This document shows, piece after piece, positions 25,201-37,200 of a stretch of 64,000 nt of DNA. The translations under genes were made by a program, and so were the position numbers. Source of the DNA: Phoronis australis (lineage: Eukaryota > Animalia > Phoronida). The notes beneath the pieces are model-generated. The model worked only from the letters and a program-made list of their open reading frames with translations. It was not told the DNA's origin and searched no databases. How positions within the stretch are numbered: the first letter of the stretch is position 1; every line of letters begins with the position of its first letter. The stretch is taken from NCBI GenBank assembly GCA_002633005.1, contig NMRA01000010.1:1595001-1659000 (forward strand). Direction: 5' to 3'.

Positions 25201-28200
25201 ACCGGAGTGTGATCAGCAACAGCCACAATCTTCATTATGACTCCTGTGAAAATGTTGCAATTTGTAATGCAAAACATCATTTGAAAGTTAGTGTTACGTT
25301 GTACCTCGGTGTCCAGTGTATTTGATTGGCTTTTGATTTTGAATTCCCTTGTCTGGCACAATGAGGTTTGTGAAATTCTAAAATGTAAATTCTGCTCTTG
25401 CTGAAAAAACATTTTGTTATATTTGTATCAAAAACTCAATAGTTAATATGTATATTTTAAAGATAAACAGATTGAAATGTTCTCTCCAGATTGCCCAAGT
25501 GCTTCGCTTATGGTAAATTTTGACTATCTTACAATTGTTAGAAATTGAAATGGTTTATTTGTGAAATTTTGCACAACACATCAAAGCATTCATACCACAG
25601 TGGATTGAATGTTGCTCTTAATGGTGTTAACATAATGATTGTTATCTATTGCCAGCCTGGTTATATTTGAGAGCCTAGCTTTCGGGCCCATCCATTGCAC
25701 TTCATTACCTTTATTTGGTTTATTCAAGATAAAGTTGAGTTCTATGTAAAATGTATTAAAAAGTCTGATTGCATGCGGAATGACCCAGTTGATCCATTTA
25801 GGCCAAGCATCTTGAACACTCAAAGACAATGAAATGACAGTTTGGTATTATATCATTTCTAATAGGTTCAAGAGAAAAGGGTTAATAAACGGGTATCGTT
25901 TCTCTAAATTTGACACAAGAATGGGATTCTTTTGGTATTAAGAAACGTGAATTGTTGGTGTCTGTGGATCTTTCATTACCATAAATGCATTCATAGGAGA
26001 GTGTATGCATTGCAGGCTGTCGCCACCAGCTGTCAGACTGGCCACTTCTCTTGTGCTGGCGAGGTGTTTGACAAAGTGTTCACAAGTCCTGAAGTGAGCA
26101 AGAGTGCAGTAAGTGTTCAGTAATTTATTCAACTATTATGAGTGTGTGATTGTAGTTTTGAACAGTCAATGTTCATTTGTTCAACTATCATGTATGTGTG
26201 ATGGTAGTTTTGAACAGTCAATGTTCATTTGTTCAAATGCTAAGTATGTTTTAGGCAATGGTGTACAGCAGTAAGTGTTCATTTGTTCAACTACTGGGTA
26301 TGTGTGTCAATTAATGCTGGGCAGTAATAAATGTCATGCAACTGTTTTCAAAATAAAAATGGACCAAGTCAAAATTCAACGAAGTTTCAGCACAAAAAAA
26401 TGGCTGAATATCTTTGGACTGGATCCATTTCAATTCTCCTTAAATGTGAACAAAGTTTCGACTGTTTTACTCCATGCACATTGTCGAAAGCGCGACAGCT
26501 TCCTTGCATTAAGTTTATTGTTGCGTGACTGCATTATAGTGTCTTACTCATCGGTGCGTCTGGCGTTCACTGCTGTATCGCCGTTACCCCTTGATTGATG
26601 TACTTTCTCATTTTCGTATGTATTTGACGTATTGTGCGTCACACCATCACTTTGCAAATATTTCTTAGACTTAGTCTATCATAATGAGAATATTTCTTAA
26701 ACTTAGTCCAGTATAACGAGAATATTTCTTAGACTTAGCCTTGTATAATGAGAATTTCAGCCAGCAATGGTTTTGAATGGAGAGAGATATTAATCTAGTC
26801 AATTTTAGGCATTCGCCGCAGGTTTTTCTCCAGCATCAATGGCTATTTATCTATTCCAAAGAGTTCCTGTTGAAGTCTCTGATAATATGATAAATGCTCT
26901 GCTCCACACAAAAGGGTCATAGATCAGCCTCACTGATATTGTTGGCAGTGGGCGCTCCGTGCTTCTTGTACTTTCCTTGTATCAAAGTACATGTTACCGT
27001 GGAACAAGTCGTGGTCCAAATAAGGTCGAAACACTGGAGGAGTATCTGAATTCTTTAATGCTTTTCAGTTTTACATGTAGATTATAGCCTGTTTGCTCTC
27101 TAAAGGTCTTCAGTTCAGAAAACTGGAAGTCGAATGACTAGTCTCACTAATCTACACTCCGTCTTACAAGTAGCCTGTTTTCTGTTGAATCATCATCAGC
27201 TTAGAAGACTGGACGACTGATTGGGCGGACTGATCCACCCTGTTGTGTTCTGTAGTTATAGTCAGAAAAATTATCAAACAAAGCACTGTTTCCCTGTCAT
27301 GACTGGTCATACAGACTAGCTACTCTGACAGTGAAAACTGCTTGCACTCAGCCACCATGACAGGGAAGTCCGCTTGCACTCAACTGTAGGGACGAGAACT
27401 CCATGTCATCTTGTCTGCGTGGCATGCACTGGAGCCCGGCCACTTCCCAATAACTTAAGCTCAGAAGTCTGGAAGTAGGATTGGACTCACTACTGGATTC
27501 TGTTCTGATTTACAGGTAGCCCGTTTACTGTCAAAGATCATCAGTTCGGAAGACTGGGATAATGACTTTCTCCAGAATCAGACGTACGAGGCATTTCTGG
27601 AGGAGGTTAAAATACAGATGAGTCACGTGTACAACGTGTTGTTCTGCGTCAAAAAGGGGTTGCCATTTATTGTCCATGTGAGTCTCTTCAAAACACCTAT
27701 TTCTTTGATGATAAAATGGCCCCATTTTCAAAAAAATGAAAGGAAACAGTACAGAAGTGGTTCTATCTGTTTCTTTAAGGTCTGAATTAGTGGAATTTGA
27801 AGGATACTAAATGAAACATGTTCCAACTTTGGCATGTGAGTAGAAATGTTTAGCAAATTTGAAATGTTGCCATAACATTAGTGTTCACTTTTTAAACTCA
27901 TGTTGAATATTAATTTTGGCAACTCCATCTCAAATATAATGTTAAAAGAACTTAATTTGATAGTTAATATATGAATGGGAAGCCATACACCGGAAACATT
28001 GCAGAATGATCAAACAATAGAATGGCAGTCACAAAATGAAACAGGAAAGCGACAGGAGTCGGGGTCAGAGCTGTAATATGTTGTTTTAGGGGTGTGTCTT
28101 CCCGACTTTTGATTAAAAACAAAACATTCAGAAAAGTATTGGAAGTCAGAGCAGTACTCACTACCAAAATACGACTTTGTGAAGGTTAACGATAACCTGC

Positions 28201-31200
28201 CAGGTGGGTTGGCAGGCCTAGTGTTCAGTTTGGGCTGTTATGTCAAATTCTATGAGAATATTTTGAGAACTACCTTGGTGTGGCGGTGTCCCATCACGTG
28301 TGCTCAAATAAGTCATATGTCCCTTTATTACAGACAGCTGCTCTTGTTCAGTGGAGGAGGGGGCACAATATACCTGACAAGTACAAGGAGCAAATTGAGT
28401 CCACCACGGACGAAGGTAGTTAGTGGTCAAGGGAAACCACTGTTTGTTATGCACCAACTTGTTGGTGAACAGGTAATAGTCTGATATAACGTGCCTTTGT
28501 TTAGCAGTTGTCTTCATTGAATAACGGGCATCAAAAGGTTGTCAAAATGTGGGCACGTTATATCAGACTGTTGTCAGTGAACACCGGCCTGTAAAAAGTT
28601 GTGTGGTTGTGCTTAAAGCAGCAGTTGTCTGCCACTAACTCAATGCTCTTGACAATCTTAATAAGAAACTGTTTTTCATGATGAGTCCTAATATAAAGCG
28701 ATATTCAAATATGTGCATCATCAAAATTTTTGTTTTGCAAAAATAGTAGACAATTAGCATGCAGGGATTTTGTTTCTTAACTGTGCTCTTTCTGAAATTG
28801 CTTTTGTAAGAAGGTATCACATTGCTCTGTGCTGTGTTTAGGTCAGTGCTCTTGATAACATCAGGAATTCTGGCTTCTTTGTGAGATCTTGTATCTCTTT
28901 AATTATCTGCAAGTAGCATGCCATGAAAAATAATGGGTCTAGAAGTGTGGCCCAGTGGGACCACGACCTTCAATAAAGGAAGCAAACACTTATCTTTCTA
29001 GGCCACAATGCCTCCAGTAGGCTAATACAATACAGTAGGGGAGCCTTGCAGAACCTGTGCATGGTTCTTTTGTTGTGGAATTTCTGGTTTAAATTATTTG
29101 TTTTTGTTCTTTTTTGCAAGAATGCCAGACTGGAGTTTATGCTCCAAGGTTTATGTCCTTTTGTCAAATGCATCAATATGCTGAGAATGATATATAAAGT
29201 TTGGTTTACAGAATATTCTCAAAAACCTAGGTCTTAGGCTAATAATGTTTTAAAATAGCTAAACGTTTTTGGATGTTCGACAATTATTACTTTTAAATGT
29301 GGAGCAGTGGCCTAGCTTGAGAAAGTCAATTTGCTCATATTTTGCCTAGAGGTGTCACTGTCAGTNCATAGATCAGATAGATCAGCCTCACAGATATTAT
29401 TGGCATTTGGCGCTCTGTGCTTCTTGTACTTTCCTTGTATCAAAGTACATGTTACCGTGAAACAGGTCGTGGTCCAAATAAGGTCGAAACACTGGAGGAG
29501 TATCTGAATTCTTTAATGCTTTTCAGTTTTACATGTAGATTACAGCCTGTTTGCTCTCTAAAGGTCTTCAGTTCAGAAAACTGGAAGTCGAATGATTAGT
29601 CTCACTAATCTACACTCCGTCTTACAAGTAGCCTGTTTTCTGTCGAATCATCATCAGCTTAGAAGACTGGAAGACTGATTGGGCGGACTGATCCATCCTG
29701 TTGTGTTCTGTAGTTATAGTACAAGTCAGAAAAGTTATCAAACAAAGCACTGTTTCCTTGTCATGACTGGTCATACAGACTAGCTACTCTGACAGTGAAA
29801 ACTGCTTGCACTCAGCCACCATGACAGGGAAGTCCGCTTGCACTCAGCTGTAGGGACGAGAACTCCAGGTCATCTTGTCTGCGTGGCATGCACTGGAGCC
29901 CGGCCACTTCCAATAACTTAAGCTCAGAAGTCTGGAAGTAGGATTGGACTCTCTACTGGATTCTGTTCTGTTTTACAGGTAGCCCGTTTACTGTCAAAGA
30001 TCATCAGTTCGGAAGACTGGGATAATGACTTTCTCCAGAATCAGACGTACGAGGCATTTCTGGAGGAGGTTAAAATACAGATGAGTCACGTGTACAACAT
30101 GTTGTTCTGCGTCAAAAAGGGGTTGCCATTTATTGTCCATGTGAGTCTCTTTAAAACACATATTTCTTTGATGATAAAATGGCCCCATTTTCAAAAAAAA
30201 AAATTAAATGAAACAGTACAGATAGTGGTTCTGTCTGTTTCTTTAAGGTCTGAATTAATAGAATTTGAAGGATACTAAATGAAACATGTTGCAACTTTGG
30301 CATGTGAGTAGAAATGTTTAGCAAATTTAAAATGGTGCCATAACATTAGTGCTCAATTTTTAAACTTATGTTGAACATTGATTTTGGCAACTCCATCTCA
30401 ATTATAATTATTAAAGGAACTTAATTTGTTTTAAGTCTGTTGTTGATGCCACTGGTGGCACCAATCTCTTCAAAGGAGAGACTGAAAATGTTTACAAACT
30501 AAAAAGAATCTATTCAACAAAGGAGAATTGCCACATGTGCATTTTTCTCGTGCTTTTAGAAATTTTTCAAAATCTTTCTCGAAATTGAGGATAGTTTTTG
30601 TACTTCTACTGGAAGTTTTGCATGCTTAAACGCGGGTACTGAAGTGTAGAATGAAGTCATACGCCGTATCAAACTCCAATTACACACTAAATATCAACCT
30701 GCACACGTTGAAATTCTGATAGCGTGAACACATTTTTCTGTAGAAATAGTATGGCGAATGTAACTGCCCAGATATCAAGTCATTCGAAAGAATTTATTCA
30801 CTCCTCCATTTGTATTTTTGTGAATTTGTGAAATGAAGCATTCACTTGGCCAGGCCACTACATGATATCATTAGGTCAAAAACTGAGATTACAAGACAGC
30901 AGACGATTTGATTTGTCGTTGTTAGAGGCATAGCAAAGAGGCGACATATAACCGGTGGTACTGTTTGCGGTTTCCTAATCATGTCAAGGGAATTTGATTT
31001 GGTTTGTACTAACACACTGAACAAAAAGTTTCCTTCCATTCTTTTGGTTCATGTCCATTTTACAAATTTGTGAAAAGCACTTTGATGGCCAATCAGCTGT
31101 GTTTGAGAGCTGAGTATTGGCAACAATTGTCACTGTCATGCTGGTGTTGACTCATGAACATCAGCTGTCGATGGATAATCACAACAAACCATTTCTCAGA

Positions 31201-34200
31201 ATATGCGAGCCCGTCCTATAATCTTGATGAAACATATTGAGAATGGGATGAAATGGGCAACTCTGTTCAAAAACATGCAGTGAGTGTGACACCGACTATT
31301 TTTTGTATTTTCTCAAATCGAAACCACTGTTTCCAATGTTGATTCCTGGGTTGCCAACTGCCACAGATTGTAAAGTGTTTCCAACTTTAAATCCTGGGCT
31401 GCCAACTGTTACAAATTGTAACCAGAGTTTCCTACTTTGATTCCTGGATTTTCAACTGTTAGAGAACAGATGTACCTGTATTCTACATAATTATGTAAGT
31501 CCATTAAAATGGTTACTTACGAGTTGCAAATGTTTGAAACCAAGTTTAGTATTTTACTACAGGACTCTCAGTCTTCCTCATGGTCTGTGCGGCCATTCTA
31601 ATGAACAGCATCCTTTACTCATGAACTCCTTCTTTCTTAACGAGGTGTAGTTGTTTTCTCACCAACCACAGTCCAGCTCTTCCTGTTTTTGTTATTTTCA
31701 TATTAATCGCTTTGAGCAGGTGGTAATTGAAATTCCTTAGCAACGAACAACGAGTATTTTCTCACGTGACAGTATTAATACAAAATGCCTGTTTTCCACT
31801 TAATGACATGAAAGACATTATGCAGGACACATGATACCCCAGAGGACTCTTAAATGTACAATAAATAGCAATATTTCAGTTGTTTATGCCTTAAACTTTA
31901 TTGCTTGAGATAAGACTGGTCTTACGCTTATGATTGTACTGTTTTCACTACAACATGTAGGTGTCTTCTACTTGCCATTTGGTCTTACCGAAGTTTCGTC
32001 CCCTGAGAAAATCCAGCAGCAGGCTCTGAGGCACTTAATGTATTTATAAATGGGAAACCACACACCGCAAACATTACAGAATGATCAAACACTAGAATGG
32101 CAGTCACAAAATGAAACAGGAAAGCAATGGGAGTCGGGGTCAGAGCTGTAATATGTTGTTTTGGGGGTGTGTCTTCCCGTCTTTTGATTAAAAACAAAAC
32201 ATTCAGAAAAGTATTGGAAGTCAGAGCAGTACTCACTACCAAAATACGACTTTGTCAAGGTTAACGATTACCTGCCAGATGGGTTGGTAGGCCTAGTGTT
32301 CAGTTTGGGCTGTTATGTAAAATTCTATGAGAATATTTTGAGAACTACCTTGGTGTGGTGGTGTCCCGTCACGTGTGCTCAAATAGGTCATATGTCCCTT
32401 TATTACAGACAGCTGCTCTTGTTCAGTGGAGGAGGGGGCACGATATACCTGACAAGTACAAGGAGCAAATTGAGTCCACCACGGACGAAGGTAGTTAGTG
32501 GTCAAGGGAAACCAGTGTTTGTTATGCACCAACTTGTTGGTGAACAGGTAATAGTCTGATATAACGTGCCTGTGTTTAGCAGTTGTCTTCATTGAATAAC
32601 GGGCATCAAAAGGTTGTCAAAATGTGGGCACGTTATATCAGACTGTTGTCAGTGAACACCGGCCTGTAAAAAGTTGTGTGGTTGTGCTTAAAGCAGCAGT
32701 TGTCTGCCACTAACTCAATGCTCTTGACAATCTTAATAAGAAACTGTTTTTCATGATGAGTCCTAATATAAAGCGATATTCAAATATGTGCATCATCAAA
32801 ATTTTTGTTTTGCAAAAATAGTAGGCAATTAGCATGCAGGGATTTTGTTTCTTAACTGTGCTCTTTCTGAAATTGCTTTTGTAAGAAGGTATCACATTGC
32901 TCTGTGCTGTGTTTAGGTCAGTGCTCTTGATAACATCAGGAATTCTGGCTTCTTTGTGAGATCTTGTATCTCTTTAATTATCTGCAAGTAGCATGCCATG
33001 AAAAATAATGGGTCTAGAAGTGTGGCCCAGTGGGACCACGACCTTCAATAAAGGAAGCAAACACTTATCTTTCTAGGCCACAATGCCTCCAGTAGGCTAA
33101 TACAATACAGTAGGGGAGCCTTGCAGAACCTGTGCATGGTTCTTTTGTTGTGGAATTTCTGGTTTAAATTATTTGTTTTTGTTCTTTTTTGCAAGAATGC
33201 CAGACTGGAGTTTATGCTCCAAGGTTTATGTCCTTTTGTCAAATGCATCAATATGCTGAGAATGATATATAAAGTTTGGTTTACAGAATATTCTCAAAAA
33301 CCTAGGTCTTAGGCTAATAATGTTTTAAAATAGCTAAACGTTTTTGGATGTTCGACAATTATTACTTTTAAATGTGGAGCAGTGGCCTAGCTTGAGAAAG
33401 TCAATTTGCTCATATTTTGCCTAGAGGTGTCACTTTCAGTTTAGCCTTTACACTGTCTCTTTTCTCCACTTCCAGTTGTGACATCTCACTCTCGCCTGGA
33501 GTCGAACAAGATGACAAACAGAATCAGTGATGATGATAGTGCAGATGACTGTTACGACAGGTAGGGCTTCTTAAGGGGTGTGCCTATTAAGTGCATGCAC
33601 CATACTATACCTAATATGTTTAACACTTTTAATGTAGAATGAAGAAAGTAACTTTTACAAGTAGGTTTATTTGAGTGATGGCAAAGAGTCTTCAGCCTAT
33701 GTGTTGAGACGTTATTTGTTGTGCTAGCAAATATGTGATGTATTTTTGCTCAATTTTTGGGTTGAACGAATAAACATGGTGCTTACTCGTCATAGTAACC
33801 CTACAAATTGGCATTCTCGCTATAGACAAGTAATGGAAATGAAAAAAGGTAAAATCTCTGGAAAACTGAAATAGCATGAAACCATAAAAATTGTCATTTA
33901 TCATCTAAGCCAACACTTTCTTGATCTAATGTTAAAGTTGCATATAAAGTAGTTCTCTTCCGCATTTTGACCAATAGTCACAGTCGGGGACTCACCTTGT
34001 GAGCCGAGCTGGTTCCCAGAGGATTTTGTGTTCTGTCAAAAAAAATGCATCTGGCTAGAACTTGCCATTACTGGTACGTTTTCAACCAGTTGCCCTCTTC
34101 TGTAGCTTTTGAAAGTTGAGTAACAAGTGAGTTTATCTGATCGTAACCAACCCTTTGTTTGTAACATTTCTATCAGCAAAGTTTTTTGTAACGAAATGTT

Positions 34201-37200
34201 GTGCCCTCTGTGAGTTAAGTTGTATACCATATGTCTTGCCAAGTTTTTGGGTAATCGTCTATTGTTGTGTTTCTTTGGTAACACGATGTGTCATATGCTC
34301 ACGCAGTGTTTCCATAGAGACATAAGTAGTAGCATGTGACAAGTTACTTTTTCCTATTTTGTCTGAAGTACAGTTATAATGTATCCATGGAGACGGTGAG
34401 GTTTTGAAATGACAGACATTGTTACACACTTTATTGAGAGCAGTTATCGGTCATTCAAAGTGTCTGCTATTTTAGCTTATAGATAGAATTGTTCGTTGTG
34501 ATATTTTGTTGGAAGTGCAGAGACCTTCCATTTGCTTTATCTAGTCAAGTTTTGGTCAAACATTGAACGTATGTAGTTACATAGTTCTGCCTGACATTGA
34601 AAATGTGAGAACACTTATGCTAAGCAGAAATTTGAGTTACAGAGAAGTGAAACTACCACATTTATAGAAAAAAAGGATACCAAACCCTGTTTTTGGTGAT
34701 TTCAACCAATCACCATTCGGTCCTCTCCTCATGCATCGTTGGCGTTCCACTTGAGTAATTAAAGCATGATTGAGCTAAAAACTCTCACTGCGGTTCTTGG
34801 TGTGTGGTCTTTCATAACAGTTGCCTTATAACTCGCCTGACATGTAGGCTGCACTTGCCCGTTTAGCCGACTTTGAGAGGCATTTTCAAATTTTGCTCCA
34901 ACTTATGATGTTTCAGAGAACTAGATGGGAATGTCGTTTCCAGCATCTGTTGTTTCTCGAAAACCGGGTTTGGTATCCTTTTTGACTGAAATCAGTGTTT
35001 TTAGCAATTTTAAAGTTGTTGCCCTCTTAATCCTGCAGAGTAATCAGTCGAGCGAGAATGAATGAATTGTACAATCGGCTGGGCATGGCTGAAAGGTTGA
35101 CAGATGATGAACGGTCAGAAATGGATAAGCAGGTAATCTGCATTCTAGTATTTTAACTTCTCTTTCAACTGGAAACCTTCCTTCAAACTCAGTGCAGAAT
35201 CATCTGTTTGTAACGGTAAGCCACATATTGGGTAAAGCATGTAATCGCATTTATGTGACTGTGTGCATTGCCAAACACTGTCTGTTGTACATTAGGTTTG
35301 CGTTTGTATGTTGGGTGTACGTGTCTACTGGTGATGTTTCATTCAAACACATATCTTATTATTTGTGGGCTTTGGGATGCTCATTCCTGTTTTGCTTGAT
35401 GTATGTGAAGCACTAATATGTTTTCACATGTCTTAGCTGGTGCAGACGACTGCACTGTGACTATGCACCGCTCTTAGCTTGGTGACTTTGGGCATTGCCA
35501 TTCCATTTACAACATAGCAAACATTTTACAGTTATTTGAGAAAAAAGAACATAATTTATTCAAATGTCATAATTTGTTCATTGTTGTAAAACGACTACTT
35601 TATGGCATTTTGGAAAATTGTCGAATTCCTTTAACTAGTGTCACTCTAACTTGAATTTCCTTTGCAGATCAAACAAATTAGGCAGTCTTATGGAAAAGTG
35701 GATAAGCCATGTATGTACTGGGTTTCTTTTTCTATTTACTGTTTGATGGTGTTGGAAATGAACGTTTTCAATTATTTTTATAACAAAAATGTTTTCATGG
35801 TTGTCTTTCTCAGCATCAGTTTCAGGTTTTTAGAACAAGCATTTAACCCACTTTTTTAAAAGATCTAAATTCAGGCTTGTCTATTTTCTGTTCCAAAACT
35901 GGTCTCTTTTTGTTCCTTATTCATTACACACAAATTATTTCTGGGATTGGGAAGAACTCAAAACCCTTGGTGTCTTGATTTTGGGGCTTAATATGACCCT
36001 GTGAGTGAAGTTTAAATTTGAAATCACGAGCTGGGAATTTCCTTCATCTAGTAAAACCCCTGTCGGGACGGAGATCTTTTCAGACTTAAATACGGATCAC
36101 ATGATGCGGTCAACGTATGCCATATGAAAACCAATAGTTGTTATTCACATGATATCAACAGGCTCTTTTATGCCAACACAACTAATAACAGGTGACCATC
36201 TTACAATTGGTTCTGCACATGGCGAGTCTGCATTGCATAGTCAATGCTAAGATTCTGCACTGCAGTCAGTAGTGCAGGCTGAGGCTATGCCTTAGCCATG
36301 GTTACAGTCTCAATATGGAGAACAGAATCTGGCGGTTTATTGCCAGACGTGCAATGTTATCATCTGGTATCGAGGAAACGAAGTCATGTATGGGGGTCCC
36401 ATGTTCAGTACCTGAGTCTTACCTGGGTGGCCAAGTGCAGATTTAGTTTTATCTGTATTCTACGTTTTTAGGACCTTAAGAATCACTACGTATGGTTTGC
36501 AAATGTTACGGATTTTGAGAATTTGTTGCTCTGAGAAGTCAACTGAGATTAAAGTCATCTCAGTGTAAAATTATTGGCGTTTTGAAGCTCAAAATCAGCA
36601 AAAAATCGGGGCAGAAAATATGAAAAAATGAAGGATCCGAAATAATCAAGAGCTCAATATCCTACCAATGAGACGTGTCCTGAGTACCAAAAATGTATAA
36701 TGTAGTTTGTATAATGAGATCTTGGTTGTATAATTGGTAAATTATCGTTGCTTTGTGAAAAAGTGACCAATGAAAAGCAGTTGCTTACTTGGCTTTGCAT
36801 TGTCACAAGGAGAATTTTGGAGACAGATATTCCAAGGAATTGAATTATATTTAGAAAACGGTAGTTTAAGGAATTGACTGTTTCATTAACGCTAACTTCT
36901 AGACCCGGAATCTAATCTTTCTACTCGAAACAAACTCAAAATTATTTTTGGCAGTTTATCTGCTACTTTTGTGGAAACTCAAGATAAGTAGTTATCAGAC
37001 TGTGCTCAAATACATTAAAGTTTACGCATACAAGTTTCTAGTCCAAGTTTGCTCTTGATGACCCTTATTTTCATGCTACAAATTGGAGTAAAAACTTGCA
37101 ATTTCGAGTTCAAACTTAAACTTTTACCCGTAATGTTGGGTTTATTAACTTCAAGTTAGAACTAAAAAATTATCCACATAAGTCGTTATGTACTCAAGCA

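Larger units (their letters stand above)
26918..33440. repeat. Local duplication A-B-N-A'-U-B' (probable uncollapsed alleles)
   Basis: 26918-27959 matches 29367-30428; about 27974-29365 matches 32048-33440; single N at 29366; duplicated ORFs visible in the track. Confidence 0.92.

Noticed and set aside
26110-26760. Short local repeats (about 52 bp x2-3; about 32 bp x3)
   Set aside because: Ordinary slippage duplications; same for 31320-31460 and 43425-43520.
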